The notes under the pieces were generated by a model. The model saw only the letters and a list, made by a program, of their open reading frames with translations. It was not told where the DNA came from and made no database searches. The position numbers and the translations under genes are program-made. Below are positions 1-11,479 of a stretch of 64,000 nucleotides of DNA, piece by piece (the stretch's first letter is position 1; every line of letters begins with the position of its first letter). This stretch comes from Octopus bimaculoides (taxonomy: Eukaryota). The stretch lies in the NCBI RefSeq assembly GCF_001194135.2, contig NC_068997.1:36655157-36719156 (forward strand). Reading direction: 5' to 3'.

Positions 1-333
1 GAGTGTGACCATTGCCATTGCCAGTACCGCCTGACTGGCCTTGTAGGGTTTTCGAGCAAGATCGTTGCCAGTGCCCCTGGACTGGCTCTTGTGCGGGTGG
101 CACATAAAAGACACCATTTCGAGCGTGGCCGTTTACGTGCGGGTGACACGTAAAAGCACCCACTACACTCTCTGAGTGGTTGGCATTAGGAAGGGCATCC
201 AGCTGTAGAAACTCTGCCAAATCAGATTGGAGCCTGGTGTAGCCATCTGGTTCACCAGTCCTCAATCAAATCGTCCAACCCATGCTAGCATGGAAAGCGG
301 ACGTTAAACAATGATGATGATGATGATGATGAT
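1..333 (+). mobile_element. 3' end (UTR sub-repeats, CCATGCTAGCATGG stem-loop, (GAT)n tail) of RTE-clade LINE
   Basis: Same sequence follows RTE RT-coding DNA at 39640-40795 and 42189-45070; ends in (GAT)n. Confidence 0.85.
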
Positions 334-606
334 ACACACAATACTCTGCAAATAGAATTATCAGAAATTTCAAATGCTATGCATATTTTATTTAAAATAA
401 AACATCCATATATATACATTGGATTTCTGTGAACATGCAGATGTGCCTCATGAGTACACAGCTTGGATAATAACCCCTTGTACATACACACACTCACACA
501 CATATATAATATGCATTTAGATAATTTAATAGTAGTTTTTCTCAGCTTCATAAAAATTCATAAGTTTGTAGAATGAACCTATTTCGCCAAGTGTCCAAAG
601 AGTCGA

Positions 607-632
607 GTGTGTGTGTGCGTGTGTGTGTGCGT

Positions 633-677
<45 letters not shown>

Positions 678-679
678 TG
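607..679. repeat. (GT)n microsatellite
   Basis: Direct reading. Confidence 0.95.
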
Positions 680-1330
680 TAAATTAGTGAGATCCAACAT
701 GGTCATGATACAGAGTCAGTTAGCCTTAAGCACAGAGGATAATTGATCAATAAACTTTATTATTCAATGTATCCAATACACATTGTCCCATATCAAATTA
801 AATAGAAATTCCAATGACTGCCACTAAACAACTCCAGTATATAGCAATAAAAGTTGCTAATTAAGAGATAATAAATCTGTGGGTGAAGGAAATGGAGTAG
901 GTAGTTACATACTGCTAACGTTTCAAAAGACTCACAGAATGAATATTACATAACTTTAAGTGCTACACAGATATGCAGTGTTCCTTTTCTTTGGGTACTT
1001 TTCTACTTGTTGCTTCAAGTTCAGTCACAGAATTCACCAAGAGAATGATGAAGTCTTTACAACGAACTTATAAGTGACATGTAAAAAAGTACACAAACAG
1101 AAGGAACACAGCACAACTATATGTTTGTAGTATTTAACTATCAGCTCTATTCTCTAAACCTACAGATATGTGCGTGTACACATGTGTCTGCATACATACA
1201 TACGTGTATATAGATACATATATATTTAAGTCACAATATATGGATTCAATTAATCTGGTAGTACTCATAAAAGAAGCTCCTTGATGTATCATTCTACAAA
1301 ACATATAAGAGAAAACCATAAGGTGTGCAT

Positions 1331-1871
1331 AAAGTTATAAATGATGAGAGAAATAGCATGATGAAATTTATTTAACCATTGGAAATTCATATATCACAAC
1401 AAATTGTTTCATAACTTAAAGCATGTAAAGATAATTTATTTTATTATATTTAATAAATAAATTACTTTCATGTCTGCATTAATACAAATGATCCTTTAAA
1501 ACAATGCAGAAATTAAGCTACCTCGTCGGGTGAGAGAAAAAAGTCCTGTTAAATGCAAAGTCTCAATTTCATGTTTTAAAAATGCAAAGTCAATATTTAG
1601 ATAGAATGTTAAAATTTATGGAAGATAATAATAATGAAATTGGTATAAAATAATATGATTTTCTGACAAAGGGAAGGGAATTTTAGTAATTAAAAAGTAA
1701 CTAGTAGATTTTATTAATAAAATAGAATAAAAGTGATACATATATTACTAAAATATCTAAAAAATAAAAGATAGTAAAAACACAGAAAAAATGATAAACT
1801 TTGTTGATATATGAATTTTCCAATGGTCAATTAAATTTCATCATACTATTTCTTTTGTCATTTATAACTTT
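1331..1871. mobile_element. MITE-like element with ~73-bp imperfect terminal inverted repeats
   Basis: 1331-1403 (aaagttataaatga...catatatcacaacaaa) is the near reverse complement of 1800-1871; AT-rich non-coding interior. Confidence 0.6.
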
Positions 1872-2174
1872 TATATATATATAAATGTAAAAACTTACTG
1901 TTGACAAAGTGTTTATTAATGTGTATGTGCAAACACGGAGTAGATGGAACAGGGACAACTGAAGAATGGAAATATTCTTTATGTTGCATGTCTCGTTTCT
2001 CTGTTTGTTTTTTCGTTGGTTGAAAAAATAATTTGTTTTCTGTCTTCGTTTTTATGTTTTCGTTTCTTATTGTGTTAAACGTTTTTTGTGATGTCCTGTA
2101 CCCATATATGCATGTATGTATACATTATGTACATATATGTATGGATATATGCATATATTTATATATTATTTATG

Positions 2175-2210
<36 letters not shown>

Positions 2211-2271
2211 TACATACAAATATACATATACAGTTTTCAATTTGGTTAAGAACTAAATTAGTGACAAATCG

Positions 2272-2302
2272 CTGAAGATGCTGCGTGTGAGTAAATTGCA
2301 GC
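2272..2302 (+). ncRNA. Possible 5' half of hammerhead ribozyme, cut off by assembly gap
   Basis: CTGAAGA followed by T-GCTGC(13 nt)GCAGC stem; Ns start about where GAAA is expected. Confidence 0.35.
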
Positions 2303-2469
2303 NNNNNNNNNNNNNNNNNNNNNNNNNNNNNNNNNNNNNNNNNNNNNNNNNNNNNNNNNNNNNNNNNNNNNNNNNNNNNNNNNNNNNNNNNNNNNNNNNN
2401 NNNNNNNNNNNNNNNNNNNNNNNNNNNNNNNNNNNNATCAAAATAAGCAATAAGGATATCCAGAGTTAA

Positions 2470-2556
2470 TGCAGTACGATCGTTTCATGCAACTCCATTT
2501 AATTGAACAATGTAATCATTACATAAATTTAAAATGCAGAGCAATCCTCAGCTTTG
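2470..2556 (-). ncRNA. Type I hammerhead ribozyme motif (PLE-type), left palindrome arm
   Basis: Minus strand: AG-CUGAGGA-UUGC...GCAU-GAAAC-GAUC-GUA-CUGC; palindromic ACGAUCGU loop III; stem I shortened by the inversion point; U-U at base of stem II. Confidence 0.6.
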
Positions 2557-2638
2557 TGCAGCTGAGGATTGCTCTGCATTTTAATGTAATGATTACATTG
2601 TTCAATTAAATGGAGTTGCATGAAACAATCATACTGCA
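2557..2638 (+). ncRNA. Type I hammerhead ribozyme motif (PLE-type), right palindrome arm
   Basis: UGCAG(2557-61)-CUGAGGA(2562-68)-stem II-GAAAC(2622-26)-AAUC-AUA-CUGCA(2634-38); perfect 5-bp stem I; stem III weakened by two G>A changes relative to left arm. Confidence 0.6.
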
Positions 2639-2757
2639 TTACCTCTGGATATACTTGTTGCTTATTTTGATTTTAATCCCCATACTTTGAAATTGTATGG
2701 ATAATACCGTGCTAAATTCTGGTGCCTCTACTTAAGTGCCATATTCATCTGAATATA

Positions 2758-3108
2758 TCATCATCATCATCATCATCGTTTAACATCCGCTTTCCATGCT
2801 AGCATGGGTTGGACAATTTGATTGAGGACCGGTGCAACCGGATGGCAACACCAGGCTCCAATCTAATTTGGCAGAGTTTCTACAGCTGGATGCCCTTCCT
2901 AACGCCAACCACTCAGAGAGTGTAGTGGGTGCTTTTACGTGTCACCCGCACGAAAACGGCCACGCTTGAAATGGTGTCTTTTATGTGCCACCCGCACAAG
3001 AGCCAGTCCAGGGGCACTGGCAACGATCTTGCTCGAAAACCCTACAAGGCCAGTCAGGCGGTACTGGCAACGGTCATGCTCAGGATGGTACATCTTATGT
3101 GCCACCCG
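2758..3108 (-). mobile_element. 3' end of RTE-clade LINE (inverted relative to 1-333)
   Basis: Starts with (TCA)n; reverse complement of 1-333 with few differences. Confidence 0.85.
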
Positions 3109-3752
3109 NNNNNNNNNNNNNNNNNNNNNNNNNNNNNNNNNNNNNNNNNNNNNNNNNNNNNNNNNNNNNNNNNNNNNNNNNNNNNNNNNNNNNNNNNNNN
3201 NNNNNNNNNNNNNNNNNNNNNNNNNNNNNNNNNNNNNNNNNNNNNNNNNNNNNNNNNNNNNNNNNNNNNNNNNNNNNNNNNNNNNNNNNNNNNNNNNNNN
3301 NNNNNNNNNNNNNNNNNNNNNNNNNNNNNNNNNNNNNNNNNNNNNNNNNNNNNNNNNNNNNNNNNNNNNNNNNNNNNNNNNNNNNNNNNNNNNNNNNNNN
3401 NNNNNNNNNNNNNNNNNNNNNNNNNNNNNNNNNNNNNNNNNNNNNNNNNNNNNNNNNNNNNNNNNNNNNNNNNNNNNNNNNNNNNNNNNNNNNNNNNNNN
3501 NNNNNNNNNNNNNNNNNNNNNNNNNNNNNNNNNNNNNNNNNNNNNNNNNNNNNNNNNNNNNNNNNNNNNNNNNNNNNNNNNNNNNNNNNNNNNNNNNNNN
3601 NNNNNNNNNNNNNNNNNNNNNNNNNNNNNNNNNNNNNNNNNNNNNNNNNNNNNNNNNNNNNNNNNNNNNNNNNNNNNNNNNNNNNNNNNNNNNNNNNNNN
3701 NNNNNNNNNNNNNNNNNNNNNNNNNNNNNNNGTCATTAAACTTATTAGTATA

Positions 3753-5026
3753 TCTTACTATAATGGGCGTTATGTCTGTCTGTTCCTTCTTCACGGTCAA
3801 ACCGCTGGACCAATGGTCACAATGTTTTCCAGGATTACAAAGGAGGTAATCAGGAAAGTTTTTATGGGGGAAAAATGTGAAAAAGTATGATTATTTTGGA
3901 TATTGTGTTTTGTATTAATAAATCACCTTTGATGAGGATTAACTCTGGATTCCCCCTCCCCACCACCGTATAGTTTGTGAATTTAGAGGGTTTAGATTTA
4001 CAATACTATCCCTTTATTTCCCATCATAGATGGGCAGATTTGCTATCTTACTATAAAGGGCGTTATGTCTGTTTGTCTGTCCATCTCTTTGTTAGTTCCC
4101 TCTTCATGGCCAGATGGCCGGACCAATGGTTATGATATTTTTCAGGATTACAAAGGTGTCATCAGGAAGATTTTTAACATTAAAAAATCAGAAAGTATGA
4201 TTATTTCGTGGATATTGGTTTTTGAATTGATAAACCACCTTTGCATTTTTATTAAAAATTCACCAACCATGAGTAACTCTGGATTTTCATCATATAGTTT
4301 GTGCTCCCATCATAGATATGAAGGGGATCACAAGGACAGTTAATAACAAAAGCAAAAGGGAAAAAGTGTGTGTAAGTATATAGTGTGTGTGACTATTTGG
4401 TGGATTTGAATTGGCTAATTGAAGCGGCTGTTGTTTACAGCTCAGTTTTGTCAATCAAAATAACCCATGGTACCAGAACATCCAGACATTATTCACATAG
4501 AACAGTGAGAGGTAAATCTTAGTTTGATTTTTTGCAACCCTAAAGATTCCGTTCACACATTCACAGCAAACAAGGTACAGGGCCAGACTCTAGATCTGTA
4601 GGTATATTTTTACCCACTCCAATATTTACACAAGGCCAGTTATATGTCACTATGAGTAGAGCAACGAACCCCAGTAATTTGAAAATTAGTGTCAACCAAA
4701 CAGAAAATATCATCTACAAAGAAGTTTTGTAATCACACTGATATTATCAAAAGGAATATGATTCATATATATATCTAAATAACATTTTTTGCTTAATACT
4801 TTTCATGTAGTGGTTGAAGGAACTATTCATGATACAGAGGCTGGGAGTGAATCATCATCACGTCACTTAGTCACAAATACATCATATAGCTGCAATGGAA
4901 AGCTGATTTCTCTAAGACATCACCCAGTAATCTATCAAGTCCATTTTCACATTTCTCAATACATACTGCTGTTATGACTTCCCTCCTTCATTTTATGCCT
5001 CCATTGTAGATGGGTAGATTTGCTAG
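3753..5026 (+). mobile_element. Non-autonomous Helitron with internal head-to-tail junction
   Basis: A|TCTTACTATAA 5' ends at 3753 and 4046; 3' hairpin CCCATC-ATA-GATGGG + CAGATTTGCTA at 4020-4045; terminal ...GATGGGTAGATTTGCTAG|T at 5009-5027; helicase remnant inside. Confidence 0.75.
4560..4666 (+). pseudogene. Helitron Pif1-like helicase C-terminal remnant
   Basis: FTANKVQGQTLDL / GIFLPTPIFTQGQLYVTMSRAT (one frameshift) matches the KSQGQTL...F.HGQLYVA.SR motif. Confidence 0.8.
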
Positions 5027-5749
5027 TACTTCTAATAATATTAATGATGAAATATCACCAAATTATTTGAAGTCCATATAATAATGAGTGTACTGCAAAA
5101 AATTCTCAAAGAGCTTAAAGACAGCATGCATCTTTCTAACCCTCTTTCACCACCCTCCCTCCCACACTGCCTCCATTTTTAATTGAAATGTACATGAATT
5201 TTACCCAGGCATATCATTACACACCCCAACTTCCCTCTTTATATATAAAAATGATATTTTGGTGTATTCCCACCTTCCTTTACATACTTGCATGTATGCA
5301 TGGGTGGGTATGTGAGTTGTATACATGTAGGCATATGCATGTGTATGTGGGATGCATATAATGTGTGTGTTGTATGTAGTTATTTAAACCTTGCTAGGTA
5401 CCCACCCTCTCCTCTCTTCTGACTAAGTTGAAACCCTAGCCCCATTCTCCCCACTTCTTGTTGGCACTTGCTCTAGATGGTATATGAGATTAAGAAAATT
5501 GTATTTTATTGAGTAAATCTTCACACAATCTTCTTTTTAGGTGCTGACAACATTTCCCCAACTGTCTTCCCACACTTCCTTCCAAGTCCACAATTTAAGC
5601 TCCAACACAATCAATGAAAGGAAAGACCATGCAGCAACATGTTGATGTGTTGTGTGCAAGAGGTAAGATGGAGGTGAGCCTTTGCTAGATTCCCTACGGG
5701 TAACAAAGCAGAGGTTCAAATTCTTTTAGACAAGCAGTAGTGATAGGGT

Positions 5750-6240
5750 GGGTGGTGTAGGCATACATTTGACAGAAAAATAAATAGATAAGGTAAGTGA
5801 AGTAGCTAGAGTGTGTAATAGGATACTTAAGCTGAGACTAGTCTTTGATTAATCAATAGTTACATTTATCTCTTGCTTATGCTCCACAATCTAGGCTGGC
5901 AGATGATCAGAAGGACCAATTTTATGAGGTCTTTTACAGACTACCTCAGTGACAAATGATAGACACTCAATTTTTGTGGCTGGTGACTTCAAAGGACACA
6001 TTGGGCAGCACTCCATGGATTTCATGGTGTGTATGGAGGTCAAAGCTTTCACTCTAGAATTGAGGAGGGAACAAAGCTGTTGGAGTTCTGTGATGCAAAT
6101 GATCAACTGTTCTGCAACACTAAGTCAGGAAAACCAGCCAGCCACCTGCTTACCTATTAATGTGGTAGGCATACAAGCCAGGTTGACTAACATCCTCATG
6201 CAAAGTCTTTCCAATGTCAAAAGTCAAAAGAATCTGTAAA
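5750..6240 (+). pseudogene. RTE LINE AP-endonuclease remnant
   Basis: GVGIHL...VARVCNRILKLRL, AYAPQ and IFVAGDFKGHIG motifs with frameshifts. Confidence 0.7.
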
Positions 6241-6404
6241 AATTAGTCTAAGCAAATGTAAAAAAAATTTCATAGAGAAGAATATGAAATAAAAATTTTT
6301 TTTCAAAAATATGGTAAATGAAATAAATAACAAACTAAACAAAAATCACCGAGACGTTGAACCTCCTTTTCTCTTCATGCATACATACACAGTGTCCATC
6401 AAGG

Positions 6405-6520
6405 TTAGCAATATGTTGGGTCCAGAATTTTTTCTTTTGGAATCAGTTCACAGCCATGTGGTTTTGGGTTTAGTCTCCCTGAGCTGACAATGCCTTGTGA
6501 GAGAATTTGATAAACAGTAT
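6405..6520 (-). CDS. Candidate terminal coding exon of unidentified host gene
   Basis: Acceptor tttcctacAG; phase-1 frame reads (x)TVYQILSQGIVSSGRLNPKPHGCELIPKEKILDPTYC*; not recognisable as TE; could be chance. Confidence 0.35.
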
Positions 6521-7218
6521 CTGTAGGAAACTCAAATTTTTTACATGACAATCCCAAGATTAAAAAAAAAAGTGAGCAATAAATCAGAAGGGTGAAAATT
6601 TGAAAAGTTATGGGATAGGTTAGGGTGGGGGTGGGAGTAAAATCATAATTTATTCTTGAAAACAGATGGCAAATAAATTTTTAAACTAGAAGAAACAAAT
6701 GGAGGTGGGCTGCATATTTAATGAGTTTCCTTCAATTTATTCTGTTTTTGAACTGTCTATAGTTGATAGAGACCATCACTACTATGCTTGGACACTACTG
6801 CTTATTTTATGTGCATGTGTGTGTGTATGTGTGTGTGAGTGAGAGAGTATGTGTGAATACATAGATATAACTACAGTCCTACAAATCACCCTCAAAATTA
6901 GACCACTTTTTGTTACAGACCTTTTTTATATTCACCAATTTTGAAATAGTTTTCAAAATTAGATTCCACTCATCAAGATTATTCATTAAAGCTTAGGGTA
7001 AATTATTTTTTTGAATTAACAGAGGTATGAATGTTTGAAATTATACATTACTCTTATATTAATCTGGCTGCTTTCACTCTTATAAATTTTTCCTATTGCA
7101 TCAATTTTACATGGTTTTAGAGTTAGATTCTACTTAAAACTTGAATATAATATTTCGTTTGGGGATTTGGTTTGCAAGATTCTTTGTGAATTTGTGTGTT
7201 GAAGCATATTCTGTTGTT

Positions 7219-8153
7219 TCTGGGGAGAGTCATTTTCTTTTTGTGCCTTATAATTTTAACACACTCACAGGTAAAATTTCCACTTATTCCTTATTTTATT
7301 TTCCGCATCTTATCCAAGCACCCAAAAGACCCAACACTCAGACAAATACGGGAGTATGTCCTTATAAATGAAACTTCCCCAATACTAAATAGGAAATATA
7401 CATAGTAGATATCATACCTCCATACCTACAGTTTACACAGGTAGAGTAGAATAGTTAGTGGGCTGTTATGTAGATAGACGTATGTATGTGTGTGTGGGTA
7501 TGTATATGTATATGCACATGTATGTATGGATATGAAAATAAACAGATCAACATAAAGACGGATAGGTACATGGGTTCTATGAACAGACAAGCACACATAC
7601 GCAAATGGAGACTGAAACACATGACCATATATACACACACACGCTTTACTTCACACAAGGACACTTATGGAGACACGTGTCCACACATATGGAGATGCAC
7701 ATCCATACATACAAACATGGTACATAGTTGCAAAACACACACACGAGACAGAGGTGCATACATATACAAACACACGCTCACACAGACACATACATAAAAA
7801 ATACACAAACACGGACATGCAAGCACATGAATGTGCAGAATACATACATACAGATGCACACACATACATACATATATACATATGCATACACACATGTATA
7901 CATACACACACATGCATGCATACGTACATACATGCATGCATGCAGAGGCACACACACACACACACACACACTGACCCACACACATGTGCACAAACAAACA
8001 AAAAGGAGCACAGTGTAAATAATGGACAGAATCAAGACTATTGAAAAAGTTGCAAGACACAACGAAAATTTTAAGAAAATAAAAATAAGGAATAAGTGGA
8101 AATTTTACCGGTGAGTGTGTTAAATTATAAGGCACAAAATGACTCTCCCCAGA
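7219..8153. repeat. ~80-bp inverted repeats enclosing (CA/TA)-rich low-complexity DNA
   Basis: 7219-7302 vs reverse complement of 8076-8153 (tctggggagagtcatttt...ccacttattccttatttt). Confidence 0.75.
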
Positions 8154-9074
8154 CACAATTGAATATAGTAAATTTTCATTTATGATTCATGGATATATGG
8201 TTTATATACAACACCAGACATTACTATCCTTTTAATTTCACCACTATTTTCCAAATAATTTTTTTCTACTTCCTCAATTTTCAGTGTCTAGAATTAGATT
8301 CTTCTTATTGAAATTTTTTAAACNNNNNNNNNNNNNNNNNNNNNNNNNNNNNNNNNNNNNNNNNNNNNNNNNNNNNNNNNNNNNNNNNNNNNNNNNNNNN
8401 NNNNNNNNNNNNNNNNNNNNNNNNNNNNNNNNNNNNNNNNNNNNNNNNNNNNNNNNNNNNNNNNNNNNNNNNNNNNNNNNNNNNNNNNNNNNNNNNNNNN
8501 NNNNNNNNNNNNNNNNNNNNNNNNNNNNNNNNNNNNNNNNNNNNNNNNNNNNNNNNNNNNNNNNNNNNNNNNNNNNNNNNNNNNNNNNNNNNNNNNNNNN
8601 NNNNNNNNNNNNNNNNNNNNNNNNNNNNNNNNNNNNNNNNNNNNNNNNNNNNNNNNNNNNNNNNNNNNNNNNNNNNNNNNNNNNNNNNNNNNNNNNNNNN
8701 NNNNNNNNNNNNNNNNNNNNNNNNNNNNNNNNNNNNNNNNNNNNNNNNNNNNNNNNNNNNNNNNNNNNNNNNNNNNNNNNNNNNNNNNNNNNNNNNNNNN
8801 NNNNNNNNNNNNNNNNNNNNNNNNNNNNNNNNNNNNNNNNNNNNNNNNNNNNNNNNNNNNNNNNNNNNNNNNNNNNNNNNNNNNNNNNNNNNNNNNNNNN
8901 NNNNNNNNNNNNNNNNNNNNNNNNNNNNNNNNNNNNNNNNNNNNNNNNNNNNNNNNNNNNNNNNNNNNNNNNAAAAAAAAAAAAAATAATAATAATTACA
9001 AATAGCTGGACCCATGAAAAATTCACAGAAAACAAAAAATGTAAGCATCTGTAAACAGTGTACTTGGTGCCATG

Positions 9075-9232
9075 AGAAATGTTTGCATGTCTTTATGTTC
9101 GGAGTTCAAATTCTGCCAAGGTCGACTTTACCTTTTGTCCTTTTGGGGTTGATAAATTAAGTACCAGTTGTGTACTGGGGTCGATCTAATCAACTGGCCC
9201 CTCCCCACAAAAATTTCAGGCCTAGAAAAGTA
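9075..9232 (+). mobile_element. tRNA-derived SINE, family A (5'-truncated)
   Basis: B-box GGAGTTCAAATTC then gtcgactttacc...gataaattaagtaccag...ggggtcgat shared with 11052-11262, 22417-22655, 52658-52824. Confidence 0.75.
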
Positions 9233-9384
9233 TATTGTGACAGTTACAGAATATAGAAATTAATGTAACACCAAATATCTCAGATACACAAACGTAAATG
9301 GAATTACTATTTAACTTTAAAATACATTGTACATATTCAAAGAACCTTCTTGGTTTAGTGGTATGGAACGTTTTTCTGGTATTC

Positions 9385-9652
9385 TCTTATTCTTTTACAA
9401 TCTCTAATAAAATTAGAACAGTCATTTGATGGTGGCCATGTTAGAGCACCACCCTTTAGTCAAAGAAACTGAACCCTGGACTTATTCCCTGTAAGCCTGG
9501 TGCTTATTCTGTCAGTCTCTTCTGCTGAATAGCTAAATTACAGAGACGCAAACACACCAACATCAGTTGTCAAGCAATGGTGGTGGTGGTGGGACAAACA
9601 CAGACACAAATACACACATACATACATACATACATACATATGACGGGCTTGG
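9385..9652 (-). mobile_element. SINE family B, 3' portion
   Basis: Reverse complement matches 37430-37655 (ggtggtgctc..catggcc, aataagtcc). Confidence 0.65.
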
Positions 9653-9793
9653 AGGTAGTGGTGATGCTGGCTGGTGTGATTTTGCAGTTTGTTGGTATGC
9701 CGAGAGAGATTCAGCAGACCCCTAACTGGTTCCCTGATCTTAAAGGTGTAATGTGGATGTGTAATGATGGAGCGGCTGGTGTGGTGGTCTTCC

Positions 9794-10566
9794 TTACAGT
9801 ACTTTATGGTAGACAATATTTTGTGTGTATGTCACACAACGTTTTTGGCCTTGTCTGTTATCCCAATTGAGCTTCATAACTCTTACTTTAATACTGTTCA
9901 TAGCTCGTGCTCTTGAAAATGCGACATATAATTGGCCATGAGAAAATACCAGTGGAGGCAAACATATTCCAACTTTTTCAAATGTTTGCCCTTGAGCCTT
10001 ATTAATTGTCATTGAATATGCAAGTGGAAGTGGAAACTGAAGTCTGTTTAGTGTGAATGGAATATTTGCATCACTTGGGCTAAGTTTAATTCTGAGAATT
10101 AGAACTGTACAACCTCTGTTGGAGCCTGTTACCAATGATGCCTCTACACAATGTTCATGAAGTCTTTGCACTTTCATGCGAGTTCCATTACATAATCCTT
10201 GACTGATCGAAAGATTGCTTAGAGCATTACAATAGCCCCTACTTTTGAGTTGAGGCGATGAGGAGGCATACCGGATGGAGTGAGTGAGTTTATGAATTCA
10301 AATGGATAGTTCTGAACCACCCCTTCATTATTGCAGGACACTGAATCTGTGCTTAAGTATCTTTTAAGTGCCTCTGGTATAATATTAAGAACTTTTTCAT
10401 TTATTGCAAGACAATCAGAAGTTTTAGGAGATAAAATTACTTTTTCCATTTCTTCTGGCATGCAGTTTTTGAAAATTTCTGGGTACAAATTGAAATGCAG
10501 AAGAATGAAATAATACATGGATTTATGAATGAAAGTTTGGTAATTGAGTTTATTTTCACCACGCAA
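9794..10566 (-). pseudogene. Helitron Pif1-like helicase fragment
   Basis: ORFs 10219-10566 and 9794-10177: EFINSLTPSGMPPH, RLQFPL..YSMTINKAQGQT, FSHGQLYVAFSR. Confidence 0.9.
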
Positions 10567-11051
10567 TGCTTATTATTGCAAACATGTTTTAACTAACCTA
10601 CACTATACACACACATGCAAATACATTCATATATACATATATATCTTGAGTTGCAGCAGTAATTCAAAGGGGTCAACCTTGTCATATTCTGTGTGAGGCT
10701 GAATCTCCCTGAGAACTACATTAATGTTATGCATGTCTGTGGATTATTCAGCCATTTGTGAGTTAATTTTATCCTTGTGTGGTAATGAAAAGTGAAACTG
10801 ACAGCCAATATTTGCTGTATCTATCTATCTATATATGAACTTTTCTTTGGATTTATTTATTTACTGTTTCTCTCACTTTCTCTTTGACTTCCTTTGTGTC
10901 CCTCTTCTCTCCTGCTTTTGATTTAACAATGCCTATATGTATCTATGTATCTATTTCTCTTGCAATGTAATAAACATTTAAAACACAAAACGAACGCCGT
11001 CACCACTCACTGTCTCTTTCACTCTCTCTTTTTCTGTCTTACGTCCTCTCT

Positions 11052-11262
11052 TTTCTACTCTAGGTATAAGGCCTGAAATTTTGGGGGGAGGGGGCTAGTC
11101 AATTAGATAATCCCCAGTATGCCACTGGTACTTTTTTTATCGACCCCGAAAGGATGAAAGGCAAAGTTGACCTTGGCAGAATTTGAACTCAGAACGTAAA
11201 GACAGACGAAATACTGCAAAGCATTTCACCCAGCGTGCTAATGTTTCTGCTAGATCGCCACC
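11052..11262 (-). mobile_element. tRNA-derived SINE family A, full length with 13-bp TSD
   Basis: A/B-box-like head on minus strand; TTACGTCCTCTCT at 11039-11051 and 11263-11275. Confidence 0.85.
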
Positions 11263-11479
11263 TTACGTCCTCTCTGAAACATTTAAAAACACAAAACAAA
11301 TGCCGTCACCACTCACTGTCTCTTTCACTCTCTCTCTCTCTCTCTCTCTCACACTCTCTCTTTCTTCCTCCCTGTCCTCCTCTCTCTCTCGCTCAGCCAC
11401 TTCTTTGAAGTGAGTGTGATGCATACAACAGAAATGTACAAAAACAAAAAGTTAGCGTATTAATATTATTGATGATAAT

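Larger units (their letters stand above)
2437..2671. repeat. ~115-bp-arm palindrome (foldback) with 6-nt loop
   Basis: 2437-2553 is the near-perfect reverse complement of 2560-2671; loop TTGTGC. Confidence 0.95.

Noticed and set aside
935-1075. Possible minus-strand exon RCKDFIILLVNSVTELEATSRK
   Set aside because: Weak acceptor and in-frame stop before the only good donor
1945-2100. GGGACAACTGAAGAATGG as a hammerhead start
   Set aside because: No GAAA or stem II closure nearby
2929-3890. 200-340 aa ORFs here and at 8274-9054, 24337-24960, 27169-28152, 41250-42263
   Set aside because: They are open only because they run through N-gaps
7426-8156. Many overlapping His/Thr/Cys/Val-rich ORFs (also 13079-13463, 15360-15750, 26197-26601)
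   Set aside because: Translations of (CA)/(TA) simple repeats
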